A stretch of DNA of 64,000 nt, taken from positions 1,922,001 through 1,986,000 of the forward strand of contig NC_090361.1 in assembly GCF_035084215.1 (NCBI RefSeq), written 5' to 3'. Positions 24,388-37,252 of this stretch are shown one piece after another; position 1 is the stretch's first letter; each line of letters opens with the position of its first letter. The DNA comes from Heptranchias perlo. Its lineage: Eukaryota. Made by a program: the position numbers and the translations under genes. The notes beneath the pieces are model-generated. The model searched no databases and had not been told where the DNA came from. It saw nothing but the letters and a program-made list of their open reading frames with translations.

Positions 24388-25837
24388 GTAAATGTGATGG
24401 TTACTGTGCCGGTGGTATGTACCTCTTCATGCATGCAACAATCCAGCTGCTTGGTGAATGGATTTTACTGATGTGCTGGCCGAACGGTATTAGTTTGTCA
24501 TCGGTGTGAGTTTATGCTTTAATTTATTCTTGACTGTTATTGATATAATTTCAGTGATTGCTTCACAATCGTTAATTCTTCAGAGACCAATTAATCCGTA
24601 TCAATCACACGGAGCGCTGGCGAGTTAATGCTCAGCCTGAGAAAAGAGAGCGAAAATTCGATTCACCCTGCTCACAGGAAAGGATGCATGGGAGCAATTT
24701 CCCGTCAGTAATTCATCCTGGAGTTCAGATATCTTTTAATCATTCGGATGATGAACCTTACTACCTGTTTATCACCTGGATATCCGCCATTCTGTATTCT
24801 AAACTCTTAACCAGTTCTTAATAAGCCTGACGTTGAAAGGAATTCACAGCTCTCTGCAGTCTATTTCTCTTAACTCAATTCAAAGTTGCTTAATTCATTT
24901 TATTTGATCATACAATTGTAAAACTAAATTTCCACTTTGCTTAATTCAAATTATTGGTAATTCAGCTTTTTAACTGAATTATCAGTAGACTTTATATTAA
25001 GGGGTTTAACAGCACACTAAATACTCCCAGTGTAAAATTACTCTAGATTGCACTGTCTGACCTGAGTGTCCAATGGGTACATTATCTTTTCGTGCTTTAA
25101 ATGTCCCATTGTTAATATCACTCATCATTTATTTTATAATGATGACACTACTGCTGTTTTGAACCCCTCCCTATTTAACAATTACCTAACAGCACACAGA
25201 ATTTCTAAAACAAAGTCAGGAAAAGAGAAAAGGATGTTGCCAGGGTTCTGCTATTATGGCTTTAGAATAACCATGATTGACTCTTCCTCCTCTTCTCTTC
25301 CCCCTTTCAAGGTTGAGATTAAACCATAATACATTGATCATGGGGGATACATTTGTTATATAAAGCCTTGTGAAATATTCCAATTCAGATGTTTGCTGTA
25401 TTCTTGAAGAATGATATCCTGCTCCATGCTTAGAAGGAATTTTGGGGCGATGGGTGGAGGAACAGACTTTCAGTTTTTTTTCACCTGTCCACCAATTGTT
25501 ATCTCTGCATCACACACCCAGCCATAGCCAAGACAGCAGACAGAAAGGTGATCTGCTTTCAGACCTCTACTGCTGCCAGTGTGGCTGTCCCTCCAGTACA
25601 CCCATGGGAGATTGCTCCCATGAAACTCGGTGCTTTCCTGTAGCAATACAGCTAAATCATAGAACCTGCACTTCAGTACTTTTAAATATGTTATCTATAC
25701 TCATAGGTGCCCTAAGATGATTTGACAAATGATACTGAGAACTCTAATGGAATCTAACAATCCAGAAACCACAGGACCAATGAACGTCACTTCCAACTCT
25801 TGTAAGGAAGTAATGGCTTAGAGGATCAGTCTTCGTG

Positions 25838-26086
25838 ATGTATTCCACAGAGTGCAAGGCTGAGGTGACGCCTTCACAGAACGGCAATCGTTATTTCCAT
25901 TACACACTACAGAATCACACAATGCAGGCATTTGAGGTCATGAACGAGCTGCGCCTGAACCAGCAGTTATGCGACGTCACACTTCAAGTGAGATACAACA
26001 ATCTTCAGCGAGAGTTTATGGCCCACAAGATCGTCTTGGCCTCCAGCAGTCCTGTCTTCAAAGCTATGTTCACCAATGGCTTAAAG
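25838..26086 (+). CDS. KEAP1: KEAP1 coding exon 1 (NTR/BTB)
   Basis: MYSTECKAEVTPSQNGNR...LCDVTL...AHKIVLASSSPVFKAMFTNGLK; in-frame stop upstream at 25811; donor AAG|GTAATT. Confidence 0.93.
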
Positions 26087-26733
26087 GTAATTATTCCATT
26101 TGAAAAATTACTTTTGTCTTCCTTCATTCACCACTCACCATTCCTCAGGCAAAGAGGAGGGCACACAAGCTTCAATGATGCCCTTCATCTGAAACTGATG
26201 ATGTGCAATAGCAACCGAGAGACTTTCACTGGTCTGGCCACTACTTAGAAACTTTGTCAACGATAGAATCTGACCATAAGGAGAATCACAGGCACAAAGC
26301 TGTGTCTTCCCACTCCGTGGCATAGTACATCTATTTTTTCAAATACATTCACCTCATCTGTTATACCTCTATTTTTCTTGTGCCTAGGGCTCTTGCTACG
26401 ACAGAACTATACCATCCTGTAGAGTTTCCCAATAGTTAACCACCTCATCAATGAAATGGCTAACCGCAATCTTTAAATTTCACGCAGATGAGTCTGCTAC
26501 TACCATTCTGTTGAGGTTTTAAGTGGTGAATAGAGGCCTTTAATGTATTTATCAAAGGCCCAAATGCTGCCAGTGCACTGATCACAAGGATTAATTAAAT
26601 CTCAGCATTGTTCCAATACCATAACTATTTTCATAATATCCAAGGTAGAACAAGTGGGCTCTGTTGCAGTTTCTGATCCCACCTAGACCCTCAGTATCTG
26701 CTTCGGCAGGGCTGTAAACATCAGATCTGAGCT

Positions 26734-27963
26734 ATAGAAACATAGAAAATAGGAGAAGGAGTAGGCCATTCGGCCCTTCGAGCCTGCTCCGCCATTCAAT
26801 ATGATCATGGCTGATCCTCTATTTCAATACCATAATCCTGCACTCTCCCCATACCCCTTGATGCCTTCTGTGTCTAGAAATCTATCTATCTCCTTCTTAA
26901 ATACATTCAGTGACTTGGCCTCCATAGCCTTCTGTGGTAGAGAATTCCACAGGTTCACCACCCTCTGAGTGAAGAAATTTCTCCTCCTCTCAGTCCTAAA
27001 TGTCCTACCCCGTATCCTGAGACTGTGACCCCTCGTTCTAGACCTCCCAGCTAGGGGAAACATCCTCCCTGCATCAAGTCTGTCTAGCCCTGTCAGAATT
27101 TTATATGTTTCAATTCATTCTTCTAAACTTGAGTGAATACAGGCCTTGTCGACCCACTCTCTCCTCATACGACAGTCCTGCCATCCCAAGAATCAGTCTG
27201 GTGAACCTTCGCTGCACTCCCTCCACGGCAAGTATATCCTTTCTTAGGTAAGACCAAAACTGCGCACAATACTCCAGGTGTGGTCTCACCAAGGCCCTGT
27301 ATAACTGCAGTAAGACATCCTTGCTCCTGTACTCAAATCCTCTTGCAATGAAGGCCAACATACCATTTGCCTTCCTAACTGCTTGCTGCACCTGCATGTT
27401 TGTTTTCAGTGACTGCTGTACAAGGACACCCAGGTTCCTTTGTACATCAACATTTCCCAATCTATCACCATTTAAATAATACTCTGCCTTTCTGTTTTTC
27501 CTTCCAAAATGGATAACTTCACATTTATCCACATTATACTGTATCTGCCATGTATTTGCCCACTCACTCAACTTGTCTAAATCGCCTTGAAGCCTCTTTG
27601 CATCCTCCTCACAACTCACATTCCCACCTAATTTTGTGTCATCAGCAAACTTGGAAATATTACATTTGGTTCCCTCATCCAAATCATTGATGTATATTGT
27701 GAATAGCTGGGGCCCAAGCACTGATCCCTGCGGTACCCCACTAGTCACCGCCTGCCATCCCGAAAAAGACCCATTTATTCCTACTCTCTCTTTCCTGTCT
27801 GTTAACCAATTTTCAATCCCTGCCAGTATATTACCCCCAATCCCATGTGCTTTAATTTTGCACACTAACCTCTTATGTGGGACTTTATCAAAGGCCTTCT
27901 GAAATCCAAATACACCACATTCATTAGTTCTCCCTTATCTATTCTACCAGTTACATCCTCAAA
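26734..27963 (-). mobile_element. CR1 LINE, 5'-truncated (RT and 3' end), in KEAP1 intron
   Basis: SGVPQGSVLGP, KFADDTK, RPHLEYC; TTCTATG-type tail. Confidence 0.95.
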
Positions 27964-28144
27964 AATTGTCCAATAGATTATAGTCCTTATGTCACTATGG
28001 TTTATTCAGCAACCTACTGCTGCTGAATTTTACCCCCAATCTGCCTGTTATTCTCTGTGAAATGAATAATTGTGTTAATAGTTTATATTTGTTTAATATC
28101 TTTCTTCACATTTGTTTAATTTCTTTCTTGGCATTTGTTCACAG

Positions 28145-28435
28145 GAATGTGAAATGGAGGTTGTATCCATTGAGGGAATCCATCCTAAAGTAATGGAGAG
28201 ATTAATCGAGTTTGCATACACTGCCAGTATTTCCGTGGGTGAGAAATGCGTCATACACGTGATGAATGGAGCTGTTATGTACCAAATGGACAGTGTGGTC
28301 AAAGCGTGCTGTGATTTCCTGGCACAGCAACTGGATCCCAGTAATGCTATTGGGATTGCAAACTTTGCCGAGCAGATTGGCTGTGCCGAGCTTCACCAGA
28401 AAGCCAGGGAATATATCTACATGTACTTTAGTGAT
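28145..28435 (+). CDS. KEAP1: KEAP1 coding exon 2 (BTB/IVR, Cys151 equivalent)
   Basis: CAG|ECEMEVVSIEGIHPKVMERLIEFAYT..GEKCVIHV..YIYMYFSD|GTACGT; 291 bp, phase 0/0. Confidence 0.95.
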
Positions 28436-28710
28436 GTACGTACCAGTAAGGATGGCAATGCTATGCGTATAGTATAACCTGAGGTAAACTGAGCGAGACA
28501 ATAGCTGTCTGCTGCTCCAGGATGGGTAAATTTGGTTGTGGAATCGTTTCTGTAACTCATTTTGTCTGACATATCTACATTGGATGACATAAATGGGTTT
28601 GAGATCTGTTCTGAAGACTCTGCTCCACCAATGGAGAGGCACTTCTCCTTTGCTTAATACCTCCCCAAAGAATTAAGGACTCAAACTTGCATCTTATTAC
28701 CCCATATTTT

Positions 28711-29550
28711 CATAGTATTATACAGCACAGGAGGCCATTCAGCCCATTGTGCCTGTGCCGGCTCTTTGAAAGAGCTGTCCAATTAGTCCCACTCCCCAGC
28801 TCTTTCCCCATAGCCCTGCAAATATTTCCTTTTTAAGTATATATCCATTACCTTTTGAAAATTACTATTGAATCTGTTACCACCACCCTTTCAGGAAGAA
28901 TGAACTTGGTTACCGACGCTACTGCCAGTGGAAACAGTTTCTCCTTATGTACTCTATCAAAACCCCTCATAATTTTGAATATTTCTATTAAATCTCCCCT
29001 TAACCTTCTCGGCTCTAAAGTGAACAACCACAGCTTCTCTAGTCTCTCCTCAGAACTGAAGTCCCTCATCCTGGTATCATTCTAGTAAATCTCCTCTGCA
29101 CCTTCTTGACATCCTTCCTAAAGTGTGGTGCCCAGAATTGGATAGAATACTCCAGCTGAGGCTTAACCAGTGCTTTATAAAGGGTTAGCATAACGTCCTA
29201 ACTTTTGTATTCTATCCCTCTATTTATAAAGCCACGGATCCCGTATGCTTTTTTAACAGCCTTGTCAACTTGTCCTGCCACCATCATAGATTTGTGTATG
29301 TGAACCTCCAGGTTTCTGTTCCTGCACCCCCTTTAAAATTATACCACTTAGTTCATTCTTCCTTCCAAAATGCATCACTTCACACCTCTGCATTAAATTT
29401 TATCTGCCATGTGCCTGTCCATTTCACCAGTCTATGTCATCCTGAAGTCGTCTGCTATCCTCCTCACTGTTTAGTACGTTTCCAAGTTTTGTCATCTGCA
29501 AACTTTGAAATTATGTCCCCTATACCCAAGTTCAGGTCATTAATATATAT
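28711..29550 (-). mobile_element. Degenerate CR1 LINE 3' part
   Basis: EERLEKLWLFTLEPRRLRGDLIEIFK; KFADD remnant. Confidence 0.85.
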
Positions 29551-29864
29551 TTTAAAGGAAACTGTGGATCAGACATATCCTGGTAATGTTTGCAAAGAGA
29601 ACTTCCTTGGCTGCCAAGGGTCTGCTTTGATGTTGCAGTGTTCCCTCTGTATTAAGATCAACCACAACCCACCTTTCATTTTTTAATTGCTCTTTGAGTG
29701 TCTGCCAAGCTTTTGCTGTGTTTTAACAATTTCCTTAGCTGAATTCACTATAGTGCCTCTGGGGAATGGGTGTGTTGGGAGTGTTCTTAATTATTTTAAA
29801 ATAATAAAAGCTTCAAAGGCTGCCGAATCTTAAGATGTTTCAGCAAAGTGTGTTCTAATTTCAG

Positions 29865-30550
29865 GTGGCAAAGCAGGAAGAGTTCTTTAACCTGTCGCAC
29901 TGTCAGCTGGTCACCCTTATTAGCCGAGAGGATCTCAATGTGCGCTGTGAATCGGAGGTCTTTCATGCCTGCATCAACTGGGTTCAGTATGACTGTGAGA
30001 ACCGGAGGCCATATATCCATGCCCTGATAAAAACAGTCCGATGCCATTCTCTCACGCCACATTTCCTGCAGATGCAACTCCAGAAGTGTGAGATCCTCAA
30101 ATCGGATTCCAAATGCAAAGATTACCTCTCTCAGATTTTCCAAGATTTGACTTTGCACAAGCCTACAAAAGTTCTTCCTCGACGAACACCAAAAGTGCCA
30201 CAGTTAATGTATACAGCTGGTGGCTACTACCGCCAGTCACTGAGTTTCCTAGAAGCCTACAACCCCTGTGATAACAGTTGGATTAGGTTAGCGGACTTAA
30301 AAGTGCCCCGAAGTGGGCTTGCAGCCTGTGTTGTCCATGGACTGCTTTATACAGTGGGTGGTCGGAATAATGCTCCAGATGGGAACACTGATTCTAATGC
30401 CCTTGACTGTTATAATCCGATGAACGATCAGTGGTCATCTTGCGCTGCAATGAGTGTTCCAAGGAATCGAATAGGTGTTGGTGTCATTGATGGTCTGATC
30501 TATGCTGTTGGAGGATCACATGGCTGCATTCATCATAACAGTGTGGAGAG
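29865..30550 (+). CDS. KEAP1: KEAP1 coding exon 3 (IVR and Kelch)
   Basis: [39 protein letters not shown]; 686 bp; AG and GTAAGT boundaries. Confidence 0.97.
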
Positions 30551-31255
30551 GTAAGTAATTTGGCTAGAAAACCTGCTGTATTCAGCAAGTAATCTGATTC
30601 CATAGACTTTGGGTAACATACATCCAGCAATACCATGATGAATCCTGTTGACAGTGAAATCTTGTGTATATCAAGAGGTAACCAGTTTAGTATTACAGAC
30701 TACAGTTTGAAGAGCTGGAGAAAGCAGTGAGTTAGAAGTTTGATAGTGGAAAAAAATACTGCTTCAAATTGAATTTGTTTCTGCATGTTGTCAGCCTGAC
30801 TTGCTAATGATAGAATACTTTGTGAAAGGTTTGTAATCCTGAGATTGACTAATCATACAAGAAACACAGTGTAGAAACAAGTTATGCAGTTTGTGACTGG
30901 AGGAAATGCTTCCTCTTAAACTGTGAGGCACTTTCCTCTTCTTAGGAATTGAACACTGGAGCGCAGCGTTTCATGATAATTGGAATTTAATTTCATTGGT
31001 TCATTTGCAGTGAAAGTGAATTGGGTCATTGGAATATGGAAATTGGTTCCAGAGAAAATACTGTTAGAATCTAACAGTCCAATTGGTGTTTATGTATTGC
31101 CAAGACAGTCCTGTGTTCTATGTCTATTTGCTGGTGCTTTTGTATGTAGGACAATTGACAGTTACTGCCTTGAGTTCAAATATTTTAACTGATAACATTC
31201 TCCTACATTTGCATGTTACAGTAAAACCTCACACACATTTCAACTTTCTTTGCAG

Positions 31256-31461
31256 ATATGATCCAGAGAGGGACGAATGGGAGCTGGTCGCTCCGATGCT
31301 AACACGGAGAATCGGTGTGGGAGTCGCCGTTATTAACCGCCTACTTTATGCAGTTGGAGGTTTTGATGGAACTAACAGATTGAATTCAGCAGAGTGTTAC
31401 TATCCTGAGAATGATGAGTGGAGGATGGTAGCTGCAATGAATACTGTCAGAAGTGGAGCTG
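31256..31461 (+). CDS. KEAP1: KEAP1 coding exon 4 (Kelch)
   Basis: [23 protein letters not shown]...RSGA; 206 bp; TGCAG| and |GTGAGG. Confidence 0.97.
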
Positions 31462-32018
31462 GTGAGGGCATATTCTTGTCACACCAGGTTAACTGCCTGC
31501 TCTATTCGTGGTGGTTTTACATATCGAATTTAAATATGCATTTTGTATTGCCTCCTCGCTATCTTACTGCTGTGAGCACCTCTTCTAGCAGCTCAATCCT
31601 TGCACAATCCAGAGTCAACAATTTGGTTGCATTTGTTCAAATTTGATCAAGCATAGTCTGTTTTTTGCTTGTTCTTCCCCTTTCTCTTCCCACCCTCAGA
31701 ATATTACACCATTCCGAAGCTGAGAGGTTGGCAGGCAACCTGTCCTTAGGTCTTGATATTGCTGCCATTTAACAATTCACTAGGATTGGTATAAGCCCCT
31801 AAGGATGACTACTCTATAATTGTCCCTTCCAGCAAAAACCTCACTTGTATTTGGTGACCCACCACCAAGTTGTTGAAGATTAATACCTTGTCATTGCAAA
31901 AAAAAAATCACTGGGACAACCCATACCCACAACTGAGTGGCATAAGCACTATTGGGATTTGCACTTTGCTACTAGCCGACACACTGGAAACTGTTGATTT
32001 GATTCTGTCTCACTGCAG

Positions 32019-32195
32019 GTGTCTGTGCCCTTAACAGCTGTATTTACACGATGGGAGGCTATGATGGCATGGATCAGCTGAACAGCGTGGAGCGTTATGA
32101 TGTCGAAGCAGACAGATGGATGTTTGTGCCTCCCATGAAGCACCGCCGCAGTGCCCTCGGAGTCACAGTCCATCAAGGAAGGATTTATGTTCTCG
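32019..32195 (+). CDS. KEAP1: KEAP1 coding exon 5 (Kelch)
   Basis: [49 protein letters not shown]; 177 bp. Confidence 0.96.
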
Positions 32196-32284
32196 GTAAA
32201 GTTTCAAAATGCTAACTTAGTTTTCAGTTTGACCCTTCCCCAATGGCTCAACGAGTATCTGAGTCATACTAATGAGGTCCCAGT

Positions 32285-33787
32285 TCCAAAATTCTCTGCA
32301 CTCGGCAAAGGTCCCGGCAGATTGGAAAACTGCTAATGTAACACCCTTATTTAAAAAGGGTAGCAGGCAGAAGGCTGGAAATTATAGACCAGTTAGCCTA
32401 ACATCTGTGGTGGGTAAAATTTTGGAGTCTATTATTAAGGAGACCGTAGCGGAACATTTGGATAAACATAATTTAATAGGACAAAGTCAGCATGGCTTTA
32501 TGAAGGGGAAGTCATGTCTGACAAATTTGCTTGAGTTCTTTGAGGACATAACGTACAGGGTGGATAAAGGGGAACCAGTGGACGTAGTGTATTTAGACTT
32601 CTAGAAGGCATTCGACAAGGTGCCACATAAAAGATTATTGCTCAAGATAAAGAATCACTGGATTGGGGGTAATATTCTGGCATGGGTGGAGGATTGGTTA
32701 TCTAACAGGAAGCAGAGAGTTGGGATAAATGGTTCATTCTCGGACTGGCAATCAGTAGCCAGTGGTGTTCCGCAGGGGTCGGTGCTGGGTCCCCAACTCT
32801 TTACAATCTATATTAACGATTTGGAGGAGGGGACCAAGTGTAACATATCAAAGTTTGCAGATGATACAAAGATGGGAGGGAAAGTGGAGAGTGAGGAGGA
32901 CATAAAAAACCTACAAGGAGATATAGACAGGCTGGGTGAGTGGGTGGAGATTTGGCTGATGCAATACAATATTGGAAAATGTGAGGTTATGCACTTTGGC
33001 AGGAAAAATCAGAGAGCAAGTTATTATCTTAATGGCGAGCAACTGGAAAGTACTGCAGTACAAAGGGATCTGGGGGTCGTAGTGCAAGAAAATCAAAAAG
33101 TTAGTATGCAGGTGCAGCAGGTGATCAAGAAGACCAACGGAATGTTGGCTTTTATTGCTCGGGGGATAGAATATAAAAACAGGGAGGTATTGCTGCAGTT
33201 ATATAAGGTATTGGTGAGACCGCACCTGGAATACTGCATACAGTTTTGGTCTCCATACTTAAGAAAAGACATACTTGCTCTCGAGGCAGTACAAAGAAGG
33301 TTCACTCGGTTAATCCCGGGGATGAGGGGGTGGACATATGAGGAGAGGTTGAGTAGATTGGGACTCTACTCATTGGAGTTCAGAAGAATGAGAGGCAATC
33401 TTATTGAAACATATAAGATTGTGAAGGGGCTTGATCGGGTGGATGCGGTAAGGATGGGTGAAACTAGAACGAGGGGGCATAATCTTAGAATAAGGGGCTG
33501 CTCTTTCAAAACTGAGATGAGGAGAAACTTCTTCACACAGAGGGTAGTAGGTCTGTGGAATTTGCTGTCCCAGGAAGCTGTGGAAGCTACATCATTAAAT
33601 AAATTTAAAACAGAAATAGACAGTTTCCTAGAAGTAAAGGGAATTAGGGGTTACGGGGAGCGGGCAGGAAATTGGACATGAATTTAAATTTGAGGTTAGG
33701 ATCAGATCAGCCATGATCTTATTGAATGGCGAAGCAGGCGCGAGGGGCCGATTGGCCTACTCCTGCTCCTATTTCTTATGTTCTTAT
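32285..33787 (+). mobile_element. Young 5'-truncated CR1 LINE in last KEAP1 intron (sense)
   Basis: Continuous ORF2 RT frame broken by one TAG at 32602-32604; NYRPVSLTS, GVPQGSVLGP, FADDTK; TTCTTATG tail. Confidence 0.95.
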
Positions 33788-34795
33788 ATAACATGTTCTT
33801 AGGCAGATTATAAAAGTGGTACTGGTATTTGTCACTCAGCTGTACTCAGAAGGGTTAAAATAGGCCCCATAACAATGTTAAGATATGTAATGACTAGACC
33901 AATACCCTGTCCTTTCATCTCAGGGACCAGCCTCAAAGCCAGACTGGATTGAAAGCCTTTATTTCCCTCCTCCATAGCTGCAAGGGTTTGATGTAAAATT
34001 AGCCTCCATTCGATGCAAGCCCACAGCACTAAGCTGTCCCTAATTGGGCAAAATTTGGCAATCTTATTTAAAGCCAGGAATGTGGCTATTGGAAATGGCA
34101 CACTGGTGCAGTTGGACTGCTTCTGAGATTGTGATGAAGGCACATTGTAGAAACTTGGTATAGACAATTCTGCAGCGTGTGGTATTACAATACAATAATG
34201 TCATGATTGAGAACAGAGTACTCAGTGACATGAGCATAATGCCTGGAGTAAACTGGTTTGCATTTAAAATTCATATACTTACCTATCACATGATGTACAT
34301 GGAATATACTGTGATATATTTGTATCACACTCTTGCTGCTGGCTGGAACTCACATGACTTCATTGGTCAGAGTTGTTAAATCAGCATCAGACAAAGATTA
34401 TGTCCCATCCAATGAATTTTTGTGCATCCTATATTTCTGCTTGAGTGTCTAAAGTTAAAGACTCTGTTTAGGGAATTGATACAGACCTACAACCTGCTCT
34501 GGTAGACCAACTAGTAGTGAGCTTTTGCTTTTTAAAGAAATTAGTGCCCTTAGATGGTAAATGAAACCTGGAAAACAAAGCTGTCCTGACTATCATTAAC
34601 TGGGAATCAACAAATCAGGGGCAGTTGCTCCCAGAGTTTCTGTTGTTGGATAGGTTTACCTGTCCTGGCCATTGGCTTCACTTGTTATTCTATGTAAAAT
34701 CATTAATCAGAGGTTCAAATCCTGATTTCTGGAACTGACATTATGCAAATTCACTGGCAATACTGACCTTATCCTTTATATATTGTGTTCCCCAG

Positions 34796-34947
34796 GAGGA
34801 TATGATGGGCATATTTTCCTTCACAGTGTTGAATGCTACAATCCAAACACTGACCAGTGGACTGAAGTTACCCAACTTACATCAGGCCGCAGTGGGGTAG
34901 GTGTAGCTGTTACCATGGAGCCATGCAGGAACCAACCACAGCGATGA
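34796..34947 (+). CDS. KEAP1: KEAP1 last coding exon
   Basis: [50 protein letters not shown]; spliced CDS is 1761 nt = 586 aa. Confidence 0.96.
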
Positions 34948-37145
34948 AATATTTTAATCAGACAAAGGGAGCAGAAATAATTTTGTCCAGATTTCAGTTG
35001 AAGATAAAGAAAAAAAGGCACACTTGCATTGGAATGGTGAGCTTCAGCTAACCAATCCACCTATGAAGAAAAGCAAGAGTATGAAATTGTGGAAATCATT
35101 CAGTAAGAAATGGATTTCCATTATGACCAGGTTTGCAAGACTAATTCTAACCAAGAGACATACACAGGTCTGGAGAGGCACAAACCAAATTCAGCCACTC
35201 CATACATAACTGATTCTGGGACTATCTGCATAGTAGAGATGTGATGAGGCCCTAATCGGTATTAATCAAGTCTCAATAGACTGGATGGGACTCTCTAATC
35301 CACTGCTGAAAAGATCCACCTTCAATATGCAAGCTTATGCTAATATAAATCCTCCAGATGTGTAATGATAGCAAGTTTCAGAAGCCCAGGATTCTCACAG
35401 AATGTTTGCATCAGCAACAGTAATTCATGGTCAGGTTTTGTTTTGCAGCACACACTAAACATGGCTTGCAAACTGTGGGGGATTAAAACATTGCCCTTTT
35501 ACCAGAGAACTGAATTTGATTTTATCCCTAACTCATGAGATGATTGTCTCGAGGTAAACTAGGCTCAGTCTCAACCCAACTGCTAATGAGCATTACTTAG
35601 AGAAATTCATGTTGCACTAATTTCACAATCTGCATTAGGAATTCACAGTACAGCTGCTTACCATCTATGTGACTGTTATGCTAAACATTTGAATTCAGTT
35701 TATTCATGAATACATTAAAATGTAAAATAAGCAAGACTCTAGTCTATCATTTTGATTTTAAAAGAACCTGAATTGTCAGGATCTAATGTATTGTAATTTG
35801 AAGTTTGATGTAAAGAAATCTGACAGCAGTTTAGGCTGTTGTCCTACAATCATCAAATATTTGATTATAGAATCATAGAAGTTTACAACATGGAAACAGG
35901 CCCTTTGGCCCAACATGTCCATGTCACCCAGTTTATACCACTAACCTAGTCCCAATTGCCTGCACTTGGCCCATATCCCTCTATACCCATCTTACCTATG
36001 TAACTGTCCAAATGCTTTTTAAAAGACAAAATTGTACCCGCCTCTACTATTGCCTCTGGCAGCTCGTTCCAGACACTCACCACCCTTTGAGTGAAAACAG
36101 AATCATAGATTCTATTATGGCAGGCAACTTACTAAAATTGCTAATTTTGAAAGACTGAATGTTACAATCACAGGTGTAGAATAGGCACTTGTACTCATTC
36201 AAATATTTATTTTGTTCAATCATATAGAAGTCCAGAGAATCAAAAGATTATTCCCACAATACAAGAGGGAATAAACCACTTTATTAGAACAGAAGCACAT
36301 TATTTCAATGTAGGCACAATACAGTTTAGGAGAAGGGGACATAGTTGTAACTATCAAACTTTGCAATATAAATAGCATGTAGGACCTGATTATGAGCTAA
36401 GGTTGTAGAACATCAGTGTTTTCCTTGAAACCATACATGCACATTCCATATCAAAACTGTACTTTCACTGAGGAGCATTATCTCATCATCTTTACAATGT
36501 TTCTTTCACCTGTGCTAGTCTTGACAGAAACATGGGGAGGCACACCATATTTCAAGAAGCCAGCTAATCAGACAGTCTTTGAGTACAGTCCTGATATTTT
36601 CATTTGATTTGTTAATCTACTGCCTCCCTAAAAAACTGATCATTTTTACCCAATGTGGCCAAGTTTCATTTATAAAACTTAAGAATGGGATTCAAATGCT
36701 CAGTACGCTGGCTTCAGGAGTTCACTGTTTGGAAAAGTTTACACAAGTGTATATACATAAGGATTTTGAAAGTATTTTACAGTATTCTACTGCTATGACA
36801 TGAAGTGGCAGTACACAAGTTTGTGCCTGTAAATTCTCAATTTCAACTATGCCATTAGGGAAAGCACTGTCCAGGTTGCTTCACCATATACACCTGTTTT
36901 TATTATAAGTCACACTGGTAGTCTTGTGCTCTTCTTGCAACCATCTCAAATGGCATAGGCTGTGGGTTGGTGCACACCTTGTTAAAATACCACATCTAGA
37001 AGAATCTGTTCATGTGACTTGAAGTAGAGACAGAAACTAGATTTTCCAAGATCAAAGCCATGGGTTCAGAAAGATTTGCCTCAAAAAAAAGGCAGTGATT
37101 CAAAATGAGCACAGTTCACTTCTTGTTTCGTGCCCCAAGAATAAT

Positions 37146-37252
37146 CTACCAATCCGTGCTCACCAGGCTCCACAGGTGATCGCAGATGAAACTCTCAGAG
37201 TGCTTGGTAGAGTCGATGTTAATGGGCTGCGCTATACCCATCCCAAAATGAA
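37146..37252 (-). CDS. SPC24: SPC24 last coding exon (RWD domain)
   Basis: VHFGMGIAQPINIDSTKHSESFICDHLWSLVSTDW*, resembling human ..AQPIHLDSTQLSRKFISDYLWSLVDTEW. Confidence 0.92.
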
